A program made the position numbers and the translations under genes. Shown piece after piece: positions 48,201 through 59,330 of a DNA stretch of 64,000 bases; positions within the stretch are counted from its first letter, which is position 1; the number at the start of each line of letters is the position of its first letter. Source of the DNA: Heptranchias perlo (taxonomy: Eukaryota); assembly GCF_035084215.1 (NCBI RefSeq), contig NC_090356.1, positions 23,064,001 to 23,128,000 of the forward strand, read 5' to 3'. The notes under the pieces were generated by a model that was not told the DNA's origin, made no database searches, and saw nothing but the letters and a program-made list of their open reading frames with translations.

Positions 48201-49957
48201 CCCTCCTCTAGGCTTCTCGATTAAAAGAAAACATTCAAAGTTTTTGTAAGGCAAACAGAAAGTGCTGGAAACACACAGCAGGTCAGTCGGCCCCTGTGGA
48301 GACAACTCTGTCCTTTCCACGGACACTGACCGACCTGCTGTGCGTCTTCAGCATTTTCCGTTTTTTGTTTCAGATTTACGGCATTTGAGCTTTTCTCGTT
48401 TAAAGTTCCACGTTGACTTACCTGCCACGGCCAGCTGTACGGCCTTGCATCTATTCCGTTCACCACCCTCGAGGAATATGGAGGGTAGCTGGTGTGCCCA
48501 CAGCCATAAGCTGGAATGACAGAAATCAAAGACTAGCTGTTGATTCTGATAAATGTAGGGTGCAGATAAGTCTTAATTTGTATATGTAGATTAGGTATTG
48601 CAAATGTCTGCTTCACAAATACAGTGGTATTACATTGTTACATTACATAGTGTAATCAGGCCATTTGGCCCAACAGGTCTATGCCAGTGTTTATGCTCCA
48701 CACAAGCCTCCTCCCACTTTACTTCATCTCACCCTATCAGCATATTCCTTTCTCTAATTTTAAAATTATATTAAAAAAACACTTTGTGCATAACACGGTG
48801 AGGGATGTCAGTGTTGGGAAAGGACAGTGTGTCTCACTGTCTCACACAGTCCCCGTAATGATCTCTCTCAAAAGAATGGTCACTTGGGTGAGATACCAGA
48901 GGGTTGCTTGCACCAGTGGAACCATGCCCCACTATGAATCAATGGGGGTAATGTTTACTTTGTGCGATGGCATAAAATGAGCTGCCGATTCGCTATTGCC
49001 TGATTTACACAATCGCACAAAGTCAAAATTACCCCCAACTTTCTTCATGAAAGGAGATGAGAAAAATATATCTTAAGAAGTGAAAGCCAAATTAGCAGTG
49101 CAATACATTGTACAAAAAGATAATTTATTTTTCTAGTCATGTGAATGAAAGTTAGATACGGCTGTAGCCAATTGTGTTGAAAATCTGCCTCACAGTTCCC
49201 TGAGGGCTAAGTTTCTCTTCAATCCCTAATTTTAGCAATAATGTGGATTTGAGTGTAAAGCAGTGAATGTCCTTTTATACTCATCTACTTGTTCACCAAC
49301 AAATGGAGCAAAAAACTGCCCTGGGTATTTTTCGGTGCTTAGATCTTCAGCCATAAACACTGCTACAATACATAACCAGTCAAAATAATGAAGTGCCTCA
49401 ATCTCTCAGTGGGTAATCACACTGAACTATACAGACCAGAAGGTCTCAAGTTCGATTCCCAGTCTGTGCTGAGTGAGCTGTCCTCGTTTAGGGCAATGGT
49501 AGGGGTGCTGTAAATGGCCTCAGCAACCTTGGGCTAGGGAGGGAGGGAGAGTGGGGGCACTCTATCAACTTTTTGATCTACTCTATCAAAACCCTTCATA
49601 ATTTTGAACCCCTCTATTAAATCTCCCCTTAACCTTCTCTGATTTAAGGAGAACAATCCCAGCTTCTCCAATCTATCCATGTAACTGAAGTCCCTAATTC
49701 CTGGTACCATTCTGGTAAATTTCCTCTGCACCCTCTCCTTGACATCCTTCCTAAAGTGTGGTACCCAGAATTGGACGCAATAGATCAGCTGAGGTCCAAC
49801 CAGTGATTTCTAAAGGTTTAATATAACTTCCTTGTTTTTGTACTCTATGCCTCTGCTTATACATGTTTCTGCAATTACATATAATGTTTGAATGGAGGGC
49901 ACTTTCTGGTGACTTACCACTGGCTGTGAGTAGAACAATGAGGAGCAGTTGGTACAT
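30234..49957 (-). CDS. CELA3B: Gene B: chymotrypsin-like elastase 3 / proproteinase E-like preproenzyme, 8 exons, 268 aa, intact
   Basis: Exons 49918-49957, 48422-48510, 47188-47285, 46955-47083, 39117-39253, 34664-34806, 32597-32749 and 30234-30251 are all GT-AG and join in frame (807 nt). TAGHC, DDIAL, GDSGG, CIACG loop, GVTSFVS. The symbol means closest family member. Confidence 0.93.
31620..32530 (+). mobile_element. Nested CR1 3' fragments
   Basis: CR1 ORF2 C-terminal sequence and (ATTCTATG)n tails at about 32060 and 32525. Confidence 0.8.
32597..32749 (-). CDS. Elastase B exon 7 ([11 protein letters not shown]...[32 protein letters not shown])
   Basis: Catalytic Ser motif; 153 nt. Confidence 0.96.
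34664..34806 (-). CDS. Elastase B exon 6 ([14 protein letters not shown]...[13 protein letters not shown])
   Basis: 143 nt; AG/GT ends. Confidence 0.95.
34990..36408. mobile_element. L2 fragments (34990-35375 on -, 35520-36408 on +) with a LINE 3' end nested at about 35950-36259
   Basis: L2 motifs ([10 protein letters not shown]...LQLIQNSAA...LHWFPV); the nested copy ends HHHLLKGN* plus poly-A. Confidence 0.85.
36650..39047 (+). mobile_element. 5'-truncated non-LTR retrotransposon (CR1/Jockey group) with a complete but disrupted RT domain
   Basis: [41 protein letters not shown]. Stops at about 36817, 37232 and 38908; frameshift at about 38110; A-rich tail. Confidence 0.95.
39117..39253 (-). 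CDS. Elastase B exon 5 ([11 protein letters not shown]...[10 protein letters not shown])
   Basis: Catalytic Asp motif; 137 nt. Confidence 0.96.
39418..41359. mobile_element. Internally deleted PIF/Harbinger DNA transposon with convergent transposase and Myb/SANT genes
   Basis: Imperfect TIRs GGGCTTCATTTTAGC / GGTAACATCGAGCCC with ATT TSD. Harbinger transposase N-terminus on + (~39960-40385: [17 protein letters not shown]...[16 protein letters not shown]). Myb-like exon on - (40956-41117: [10 protein letters not shown]...QCRRRSNDL) with a GTGAGT donor. Confidence 0.88.
41442..41630. mobile_element. Palindromic Tourist/Harbinger-like MITE
   Basis: GGGGATCATTTTAACCTA ... TAGGTTAAAATTGCTCCG with TTA TSD. 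Confidence 0.78.
41895..43990 (+). mobile_element. CR1 LINE (vertebrate type), 5'-truncated and disrupted, with an inverted CR1 3' end inserted at about 42637-42873
   Basis: [61 protein letters not shown]. Confidence 0.95.
45353..45690. mobile_element. Non-autonomous hAT-like element
   Basis: TIRs TAGGGTTGCCAA / TTGGCAACCCTA; the TSD has decayed. Confidence 0.75.
45765..45920. mobile_element. Penelope-like fold-back mini-insertion with a hammerhead core and a 13-bp TSD
   Basis: TSD CACATCTCCTTTA at 45752-45764 and 45921-45933; inverted arms; minus strand 45826-45793 reads CUGACGA-A-GGAG AAAGC CUCC-GAAA-GCUU. Confidence 0.8.
46955..47083 (-). CDS. Elastase B exon 4 ([13 protein letters not shown]...[12 protein letters not shown])
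   Basis: 129 nt; CxxC motif. Confidence 0.95.
47188..47285 (-). CDS. Elastase B exon 3 (ISLQV...HTCGGTLI...MTAGHCI)
   Basis: Catalytic His motif; 98 nt. Confidence 0.96.
47478..47915 (+). mobile_element. Deu-domain SINE, degenerate
   Basis: Similar to 58863-59330. Confidence 0.72.
48253..48385. repeat. Palindromic interspersed repeat (AACAGAAAxTGCTGGAAACAC family; other pieces at 8540-8585, 9187-9225, ~15310 and ~56400)
   Basis: Self-complementary arms; several related fragments in the window. Confidence 0.6.
48422..48510 (-). CDS. Elastase B exon 2 ([29 protein letters not shown])
   Basis: Propeptide and activation site; 89 nt. Confidence 0.96.
48944..49036. mobile_element. 93-bp palindromic MITE (related copy at about 50400-50470)
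   Basis: GGGGGTAATGTTTACTTTGTGCGAT ... ATCGCACAAAGTCAAAATTACCCCC. Confidence 0.72.
49560..49860 (-). mobile_element. CR1 fragment
   Basis: [10 protein letters not shown]...[21 protein letters not shown]. Confidence 0.85.
49918..49957 (-). CDS. Elastase B exon 1 ([13 protein letters not shown], signal peptide)
   Basis: Phase-1 GTAAGT donor, in frame with exon 2. Confidence 0.9.
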
Positions 49958-50010
49958 CCTTTCTCCGTGTTGCTGTCTTGCCGCGAGAGACCCACAGGTG
50001 GATTTAGACC

Positions 50011-50207
50011 TTTATATATCCTGCCGGCTGCTATCTTTTGGATTCTGCAGACATTTTAATAATGCTGCTATCTGTTAGCTTCCCCGCTCTAAGTAGGAAA
50101 GTAAACAAATAAATGTCTTTGTGTCAAGGTTGCACTGTTTATATAGCTCAAAAAACTTTCCATGGTCTATAAGTGCAGCCACCACCTGCCACAAGAGCAT
50201 TCTCACA
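50011..50207 (-). promoter_or_regulatory. Elastase B proximal promoter: TATA box, forkhead and NR5A2-type sites, E-box
   Basis: TATATAAA at 50011-50018; GTAAACA at 50101-50107; TGTGTCAAGGTTGCACT at 50120-50136; CACCTG at 50183-50188. Confidence 0.65.
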
Positions 50208-51134
50208 CAGGGTCACTCACCATCAGGAGTAATTAATGGTTAAAAGAAAACTTTGCCCAATGTTTCTGCTGATTAATTCATTGCTCGGTGTGGGGCCGAG
50301 CCAAACTGACCAGAAGGTTCCAGGTTCGTTCCCTGGTCGGTGCTCAGTTAGCTGATCTTATCCAGGAACTGTAGTAGGGGAGGTATAATTGGACTCAGTG
50401 GGGTAGATTTTGACATTGTGTGATGGCATAAAATGAGTGATAGCAAATGGTCGGCCCGTTTTACATCTTTCCTGATTTTTGTTTCCGTTGAAGTCAATGA
50501 AATAGGGAGGGAGAAAAATCGACCAGGGCTTCGGTTCCTGATCTCCATCCAGTGAGGTGCTGAAAAGTATTTATTGAATGAGGACGTGAACAAGGTCGAC
50601 TCGGATGCCTCCCGAACCCTCCCATGAGCAAATAGCCTGTTGACACTTGTTGCCTTGACTCACGCACGGAGAGCAATCACTTGAGCGAGGTACTGGGTGG
50701 GGACCACAGTCAAGGCTCAGAGGCACTGAAGCTAGTTACAACTTTCTTACTGTTGTCCTTCCTGAGAACAGTGAACTCAGCACAGTACGGGGATTGAACC
50801 CAGGACCATCCTGCTGTGTATGGCTCACAAACACCACACACACACACACACAGTACAGATCTCCACAAAACCATTGAGGGAACTTCAGCTACATTGTTTA
50901 AAATGGCTGTGCTAGAAACATATCTTAGCAGACATTTAATGAGTTCCCAACCATGGTGGCCATCTTGAAACTGAGTGAGAATAGAGATACAAAACCTTGA
51001 GGGACTGTTGGTTTTGTTCCTTTCACACATGTACCAAGGTTTACACAGGAGCATCTGTTAAATACAAGAGTCCCTGTAGATTTGGGGGCACTGCCTCACA
51101 CTGAAATAAAACATTTTTCCTTCCACCTTGACCA

Positions 51135-51775
51135 TAGAATCATAGAAAATTTATGGCACAGAAGAAGGCCATTCGGCCCATCATGTCTGCGCTGGCCGAA
51201 AATGAGCCACCCAGCCTAATCCCACTTTCTAGCACTTGGTCCGTAGTCTTGTAGGTCACGACACTTCAGGTGCTCATCCAGGTACTTTTTAAATGAGTTG
51301 AGGGTTTCTGCATCTACCACCCTCTCAGGCAGTGAGTTCCAGACCCCCACTACTCTCTGGGTGAAAAACCTTTCCTCAGTCCCCTCTAATCCTTCTACAA
51401 ATCACTTTAAATCTATGCCCCCTGGTTATTGACCTCTCTGCTAAGGGAAATAGGTCCTTCCTATCCACTCTATCTAGGCCCTTCATAATTTTGTCCACCT
51501 CAATTAAATCACCCCTCTGCCTCCTCTGTTCCAAAGAAAACAACCTCAGCCTATCCAATCTTTCCTCATAGCTAAAATTCTCCAGTCCTGGCAACATCTG
51601 TACCCTCTCCAGTGCAACTTCCTGTAATGTGGTGACCAGAACGGTACACAGTACTCAAGCTGTGGCTTAACCAGTGTTTCATACAGTTCCAGCATAACCT
51701 CCCTGCTCTTATAGTCTATGCCTCGGTTAATAAAGGAAAGTATTCCATATGCATTCTTAACCACCTTATCTACCT
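51135..51775 (-). mobile_element. CR1 3' fragment (same subfamily as 54100-54630)
   Basis: CR1 ORF2 C-terminus and ATTCTATG tail. Confidence 0.9.
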
Positions 51776-53179
51776 TAGGTGATTATAAACAGAATCACTT
51801 ACAGGAACAGACGAATATAAGAGCAGCATACTACACTACTAGAGGCCTGGAGATAGTTTGCAAAGTAGTGTAATAACTCTCTTTGTAATACTTGTTGCAG
51901 ATCTCGTGGTATGAAATGCTTCTCAGAAACAAGTATGCAATCTTGTCTCAGTAAAAACAGGATTTGTTCTATTTCATTTTTACTAATAATTCCTTCAGTA
52001 AGGACCATGAATAATCAATGGGGGAAAAGTTTGTTCATGCCCAAAATTGGGTGTAGCAGGGGGTTCAGGGATCGATCCCTTCGCCTGAATGGATAGGCCC
52101 GAGGCACACCTAATATTGCATAGAAATTTGCATAGAAAGGGGTTTTCTTTTGAATCTTTGCCACACCTCTCAGCAGACTCTCTAGGCTAGAAATTGGTTT
52201 AGGCACGTTTTGGGATTGAAATAGGCAACTCGCTCGGAGCGCATGCCAGAAGCCAGAGGCCCGAAACTCATCCAAAATTGGGCCTCAGGCCTCATCAGCC
52301 TAATTCCAAAGAGCTGCTGACATCAATTGCTCACCAGTTGGCTCCCCACCAACTGGGGCCGGCTGCGACGTTGGCAGCGCCCCTCAGATAGATCCTGGGA
52401 GGGGGAAGGACGAGTAGGGAATGGGGGTGAGCATGGGCCGACTGCACTCCTGCTCCTCCTGACTCCACATGAAGGTAAGTTAAAAAGAAGAAATTTAACT
52501 CTTTGTTGGTGCTCCCTTTAAGGACCGCTGGTTAGGCGGCAGCAAAAATGGGGAAACCTGCGCATGCTCTGCTCGGTGCTGACCAATTTCAAAGAGGGGT
52601 CCTTGAACAGGTCTTTGGGCCCCTTATTAGTATATGCAAGGAATCTCAAGCCTGTTTAAGGCAGCTGTTAGGGATGCCTGAATATCGGCCGAGCCAAAAT
52701 GGTATTGGTTGTATTAGCCGCGCAAAATTGGACCCTCCTGCCCCCGTTTCACAATCAGATCAAATGCTTTCCCTCCTTGTCTTCGTTAGATTCTCTTTGT
52801 TAGAAGATTCTCTTTAGCCTGCCTCTGAGGTACTCCAGACCTAGCAGATGTAGAACAATCTGCAAGTACCAAGCATGTCTGGGGCAGAGAGTAGGAGAGA
52901 GTGTAGAAGTCAAATTGTATGGTTCACCCAGTCATTTACAGACAGAGATAAGTGTGTAACTTAATTGTACAAGTTGTCCGGGATTAAGGTAGTTGAGAGT
53001 TACGCCAGCTAGCTCAGAGAGTCACTTGTGCAAAGGTGGATTCAGGACCCGAGTGGAATAGATAACCCTGTGGCCTAAGGGGCTCATCAATTCAACATTC
53101 CAGAAGCAAACGCCACCGTCCCGGCCCATAAGGGCAAGGTTGTATAAGCTCTGGAAACATTGCTAACCATCTGCATATA

Positions 53180-53753
53180 GGGCTTAATTTTAAAATGAAA
53201 GTCCAGGTACATCTGGGTGCGCGTGCCGTTCCCGATATTTAAACAAGCAAATTAACCTCATTGAGGTTCTGAAGGTACTTTATTTTTGGCATATTGGCCA
53301 CTTTAAAAGATTTTGAACTTACCCGGGCGGCTTTCCCACAGCTTCCGATTCTCGCAGGGCCGGATCAATGAAAAATAAAGCAAATAAATTAAATAAAATT
53401 ACATTTCCTATTGTAAAAAAATTAATAAACATACCTTACAAACGATGTCACCTGCACCCCCTGCTCCGATGTCCGATGTCTTCTCCCCCCTCCTTCTGAT
53501 GTCTCCCACCCCACCATTCCCTCTCGCAATGGCTAATGAGGTCTCTCTCTCTCTCCCTCTCTTTCTCCCCCCACCTTGGATTTACAGTTCCTGTCGGCTG
53601 TCAGCCTGTCAATCAGGCTGGCTACTGGGCGCCAAACCCGGAAGAGGCTTTAATTGGCCTCATTAGGGCTGCGATCGCAACCCGTCTACTTGCCTTCCGG
53701 ATTTGGCGCCTGCGAATCACACCCGCCCTCACTGCCCTTTTAAAATTGAGCTC
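53180..53753. mobile_element. Non-autonomous PIF/Harbinger-like element
   Basis: GGGCTTAATTTTAAAA ... TTTTAAAATTGAGCTC with ATA TSD. Confidence 0.78.
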
Positions 53754-54099
53754 ATAAACTCTAATCTATTCAATAGACTAGCTATCCAATGTTGTTAACT
53801 TGTCAACTATCTAAGAAATTTAATCCTAAATTAATCTCACCAATTCACTATAGTCTGGGACACTGATCTCAACTACAATTTAATAATCAGTGATCCAGTT
53901 AATGCTGAGTTACAGTGACACTACTGACTTGGCTTTACAACCACTGTTATTTATTTCATTAAGTACTCTGTCTATTAATTATTTGCTATTCAAATTGCTA
54001 GGTTACCCTGTCTATAACTACTTCTATCTTTTAATAGTTTGTATACTCAATGTTTAAATTTAAGCAGTGATAATTGTGATTTGTAGTTAACAAATAGTT

Positions 54100-54630
54100 A
54101 TAGAATCATAGAAAATTTACGGCACAGAAGGAGGCCATTCGGCCCATCGTGTCCGCGCCGGTTGAGAAACGAGCCACCCAGCCTAATCCCACTTTCCCGC
54201 ATTTGGTCCGTAGCCCTGCAGGTCACGGCTCTTCAGGTCCACATCCAGGTATTTTTTAAATGACTTGAGGGTTTCTGCCTCTACCACCCTCTCTGGCAGT
54301 GAGTTCCAGACCCCCATCACCCTCTGGGTGAAAAGAAATTTCCTCATTTCTGCTCTAATCCCACCAATCACTTTAAATCTATGCCCCCTGATTATTGATC
54401 CCTCCGCTAAGGGAAATAGGTCCTTCCTATCCACTCTATTTAGGCTCCTCATAATTTTGTCCACCTCAAACAAACCACCCCTCAGCCTCCTCTGTTCCAA
54501 GGAAAACAACCTCAGCCTATCCAATCTGTCACCATAGCTAAAATTCTCCAGTCCTGGCAACATCCTCGTAAATCTCCTCTGCACCCTCTCTAGTGCAATT
54601 ACATCCTTCCTGTAATGTGGTGACCAGAAC
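54100..54630 (-). mobile_element. CR1 3' fragment
   Basis: ORF 54183-54584 is a CR1 ORF2 C-terminus (...GYGPNAGKWD*). Confidence 0.92.
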
Positions 54631-55509
54631 TAGTTGTTAGTTCATCACTTGTTGCCTGACTTCTTTGATGATTTATCAACAGATTATTCTCTCAGTGGGT
54701 CTCCTGATTGAGGGTGAACTCAAATTCAATCCAAACTGGGTGATGTAAAACAGTTTGACGATCCTATTTAGGCATCGTTCACTCCTAGACCCAAACTGAG
54801 CGATTAACCCCAGATGGTTCCTTAATCAGGAATTTAATGAGCATATATTTGACGAGATACCCAGTGTTCTTACAAAATATCTATTGTTGTCAGAGAAACT
54901 GGCGGAGCAGGCTCGAGGGGGCCGTATGGCCTACTCCTGCTTCTATTTATTATGTTCTTATGTTCGTAAACGACCCAGAAACTGTAGATGTTACCATGGC
55001 GATTGGAAATTGCCTGAGAAGATCATGATTTTATAACATTTGGAATAATTTCCATCTATTGTAACTGGTGCTACAAGTGCTAATGTGCTTTTTTGGGGAC
55101 AAGCATTCCTGAGGAAGAGAGGAAAGAAAGCTTTAAAATGAGAGAAAAATATCGATTAAAATTTCACCCTTTCCCATGTGTAGCTTTTAAATCAAATAGT
55201 GTACCATAAGTGAAAGGAGACCAAGCTTTACATACACTCAATGCCATGGAGCTGGAATCAATATGGATCTTGCTGTGCTCAGTTCTTGATTTGAACCGTG
55301 GAGAGCAGGAAAATGGAGCTTAAAACCTTCAGTGTCTACCAATGGGTTGGGGGAGGGAAAATCAGAGAGGGGAGGGTCATATCTGGAGAGTCCCAGACAC
55401 CTCTTAATGGCAGATTACAGGAAGCATTGGCAGCTGTGTGCCCATCCTCTTGACTGCATGACCAAAGAAAGAAAGAGAGGAAAATTACAAAACAAAAGGA
55501 ATGGGGTAA

Positions 55510-55922
55510 GAGTTTGTGGGTTCAGGTCCCGCTCCAGAGCACTAAATCTAGGCTGACATTCCGATGCAGTACTGAAGGAGTGCTGCACTGTCGCAGGTGC
55601 CGTCTTTCAGATGAGACGTTAAACCGAGGCCCCGTCTGCCCTCTCAGGTTGATGTATAAGATCCCACGGCACGATTTCGAAGAAGAGCAGGGGGGGGTTC
55701 TCCCTGGCGTCTTGGCTAATATTTATCCCTCAACCAACATCACTAAAACAGATTATCTGGTCATTATCTTATTGCTGTTTGTGGAACCTTGCTGTGCGCA
55801 AATTGGCTGCTGCATTTCCTACATTACAAGTGACTATATTTCAAAAGTACTTCATTGGCTGTAAAGCACTTTGGGAGGTCCTGAGGTAGTGAAAAGTGCT
55901 ATATAAATGCAAGTCTCTCTTT
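55510..55922 (+). mobile_element. Deu-domain SINE
   Basis: Similar to 58863-59330. Confidence 0.82.
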
Positions 55923-56579
55923 TCTATCTTAACTGAATAACTAACATAATGTTTGTGACAAATTATTATTTTTTCACCATCAGTTTGGTGCAGACCCCTC
56001 TCCCCCCAAGGACTCTTATCTTCATCAGTCCTCATTGTGCTGGGAATCCTGACATAGTGATGTGTGGATCAGGGTGAAACCTCATGGCAATTCTGGCTGC
56101 AACTCGAATAGTCATCAATTATAGAAGACTGACAACCAGTCATTCCACGTCTGGCCCAGACAGCCAACAGAGGAGAACCTTCCTCCCATTTAGCCTGGAT
56201 TCAAAAGTGAACGGTCAGCATCTAACGCAGTCTAATGTCTATTGAACAATATGTGAAAATGCACCAAATAAAAGTGTCATTCCAAAACAAAATTTGCTGG
56301 GGGGGGGGGGGGGGGGGAAGCATGCTATCAAAAACATATTTACATCATGAACAGGCCAGGGTCGAATTGCTCAAAGACCCTTTATCCCAAAACATTGACC
56401 TGTTCTCGCCACAGAGGCTGTGAATTGCCAGCATTTCCTGTTTCTAATCTTAGATTTCCACCGTTTACAGTTTTAAAAACATATTATTCGTTTCATTGGG
56501 TCGGCAAACTATTTCCCTCGAGATTATTTATTTTTTGATGTTGCAATAAACCCATTCTGGAAAGAACCTTTGGTGGGAG

Positions 56580-56880
56580 AGGAGGAATAAAACGAAATTT
56601 CCGAAACCAAAAGTACCCGACAGTGAGAGACCCAGAAGCACTCGGCAGATGAGGAAACCACGGGGAGGTCAAGAGGAAATTGACGCTTCGTTGACTCAGC
56701 GGCGAAACTGAGCGAGTGCAGCCGACAGCGATGGGTAAGACCCGGGGCGCAACGGGACACTAACCCCCCCCCCCCCCCGCCCCCGGCTCCAGGGTCCCCT
56801 GAGCGCAACTCCCACCCCCCGCCCGAAACGCCGGTCACCTGCGGGCGGCCGCTGGGGTTTTCGCCGAGCCCATGGCATAG
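56580..56880 (+). promoter_or_regulatory. CpG-rich promoter/first-exon region of the FBXO gene
   Basis: Local CpG enrichment, clustered GAAA motifs, TGACTCAGC at 56692-56700, donor ATGG|GTAAGA. Confidence 0.55.
56731..56734 (+). CDS. Putative FBXO coding exon 1 (ATG G)
   Basis: ATG G|gtaaga spliced to 60572 gives in-frame MARKAFEVASYG... Confidence 0.5.
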
Positions 56881-58560
56881 GGAGCCCCCCCACCCCCCCA
56901 GGACCAGCATAGAGCCCCCCCCCCCCCAGGACCAGCATAGAGCCCCCCCCCCCAGGACCAGCATAGAGCCCCCCCCACCCCCAGGACCAGCATAGAGCCC
57001 CCCCCACCCCCAGGACCAGCATAGAGCCCCCCCCCACCCCCAGGACCAGCATAGAGCCCCCCCCACCCCCAGGACCAGCATAGAGCCCCCCCCACCCCCA
57101 GGACCAGCATAGAGCCCCCCCCACCCCCAGGTCCAGCATAGAGCCCCCCCCCCACCCCCAGGACCAGCATAGAGCCCCCCCCCACCCCCAGGACCAGCAT
57201 AGAGCCCCCCCCACCCCCAGGACCAGCATAGAGCACCCCCCCAGGACCAGCATAGAGCCCCCCCCCCACCCCCAGGACCAGCATAGAGCCCCCCCCCCCC
57301 AGGACCAGCATAAAGCCCCCAGGACCAGCATAGAGCCTCTCAACCCCGGACCAGCATAGAGCCCCCCCCCCCCCAGGACCAGCATAGAGCCCCCCCACCC
57401 CCCCCCAGGACCAGCAAAGAGCACCCCCACCCCGGACCAGCATAGAGCACCCCGCCCCCCCAGGACCAGCATAGAGCACCACCCCCCCCAGGACCAGCAT
57501 AGAGCACCACCCCCCCCAGGACCAGCATAGAGCCCCCCCCCCAGGACCAGCATAGAGCCCCCCCACCCCGGACCAGCATAAAGCCCCCAGGACCAGCATA
57601 GAGCACCCCCTCCTCCCCCGGACCAGCATAGAACCCCCCCCCCGCACCAGCATAGAACCCCCCCCCCCCGGACCAGCATAGAAGCCCCCCCCCGGACCAG
57701 CATAGAAGCCCCCCCCCGGACCAGCATAGAAGCCCCCCCCCGGACCAGCATAGAAGCCCCCCCCCGGACCAGCATAGAAGCCCCCCCCCGGACCAGCATA
57801 GAAGCCCCCCCCCGGACCAGCATAGAAGCCCCCCCCCGGACCAGCATAGAAGCCCCCCCCAGGACCAGCATAGAAGCCCCCCCCAGGACCAGCATAGAAG
57901 CCCCCCCCAGGACCAGCATAGAACCCCCCCCAGGACCAGCATAGAACCCCCCCCAGGACCAGCATAGAACCCCCCCCCCAGGACCAGCATAGAACCCCCC
58001 CCCCCCAGGACCAGCATAGAACCCCCCCCCCCAGGACCAGCATAGAACCCCCCCCCCAGGACCAGCATAGAACCCCCCCCCCCCCCAGGACCAGCATAGA
58101 ACCCCCCCCCCCCCCAGGACCAGCATAGAACCCCCCCCCCCCAGGACCAGCATAGAACCCCCCCCCCCCCAGGACCAGCATAGAACCCCCCCCCCCAGGA
58201 CCAGCATAGAGCCCCCCCGAACCAGCATAAAGCCCCCCCCCCCCGAACCAGCATAAAGCCCCCCCCCCCCCCCCCCCCGAACCAGCATAAAGCCCCCCCC
58301 CCCCCCGAACCAGCATAAAGCCCCCCCCCCCCCCCCCCGAACCAGCATAAAGCCCCCCCCCCCCCCCCGAACCAGCATAAAGCCCCCCCCCCCCCCGAAC
58401 CAGCATAAAGCCCCCCCCCCCCCCGAACCAGCATAAAGCCCCCCCCCCACCCCGAACCAGCATAAAGCCCCCCCCCCCCCCCCCCCCGAACCAGCATAAA
58501 GCCCCCAGGACCAGCATAGAGCCCCCCCACCTCCCAGGACCAGCACAGAGCCCCCCAGGA
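56881..58560. repeat. C-rich minisatellite: core (A/G)GACCAGCATA(G/A)A(G/A) plus a poly-C run, period about 22-32 bp, roughly 60 copies, in FBXO intron 1
   Basis: Directly visible; variants occur in contiguous blocks. Confidence 0.97.
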
Positions 58561-58862
58561 CAAGGAGAGAGACAAACCACCTTATGAGATAATGTTCACT
58601 ACCCCAATGGGCTCATTTATATTATAGCACTGTCTCCAAAGGCAGGGTGGTAATATAGATGGAATATTCCATTTTCTTTTGGTTTGGGTTGGAGGAAGAG
58701 TCAGAAAAGCTGTTGTGTTCATCATGTGTTTTGGCACCATTCATATCATGGGGTTTGTGTGTTTGGTTTTTCAGCAGTATGTCTTAACTCCCAGAGAGAC
58801 GAGCATGGGTATATAGTTAGAGTTTGACCCTGTGCAGTCAGGTATGACGTAAGTCGTTATTG

Positions 58863-59330
58863 TGCTGTGGCTTAATTGGGAGTACTCTTGACTCTGAGTC
58901 AGAAGGTTGTGGGTTCAGGTCCCACATCAGAAACTTGAGCACATAATCCAGGCTGGCACTCCGGTGCAGTATGAGGGAGTGCTGCACTGTTGGAGGTGCT
59001 GTCTTTTGGATGAGACATTAAACCGAGGCCCCGTCTGCTCTCTCAGGTGGACGTAAAAGATCCCATGGCTCTATTCGAAGAAAAGCAGGGGAAGTTCTCT
59101 CCAGTGTCCTTGCCCAATATTTATCCCTTAACCAACATCACTTAAAAAAAAACCCAGCTTATCTGGTCATCATCACATTGCTGTTTGTGGGACCTTGCTG
59201 TGCGCAAATTGGCTGCTGCGTTTCCTACATTACAACAGTAACTAGACTTCAAAAGTACTTCATTGGTTGTAAAGTGCTTTGGGAGGTCCTGAGGCCATGA
59301 AAGGCGCTATATAAATGCAAGTCTTTTTTC
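58863..59330 (+). mobile_element. Full-length Deu-domain SINE (SacSINE1-like)
   Basis: tRNA-like head, Deu core ATTGCTGTTTGTGGGACCTTGCTGTGCGCAAATTGGCTGCTGCGTTTCC, tail GGCGCTATATAAATGCAAGTC. Confidence 0.85.

Noticed and set aside
10276-49957. One elastase copy being a pseudogene or an assembly duplication
   Set aside because: Both have eight in-frame exons, canonical splice sites, an intact triad, a TATA box and a poly(A) signal. Their introns are unrelated, so this is not a haplotype artefact.
55230-55330. Possible first exon of a third minus-strand gene (ATG GCA TTG AGT|gtatgt)
   Set aside because: No signal peptide or TATA box, and no further protease-like exons between 50 and 55 kb; unsupported.
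56881-58560. CRISPR-like repeat/spacer look
   Set aside because: The spacers are poly-C runs rather than unique sequence; the context is eukaryotic and there are no cas genes.
56524-58580. Gly-rich ORFs resembling silk, keratin or egg-case proteins (GGFYAGPGG repeats)
   Set aside because: All three frames are open, and the variable poly-G lengths shift frame constantly. This is a minisatellite, not selected coding sequence.
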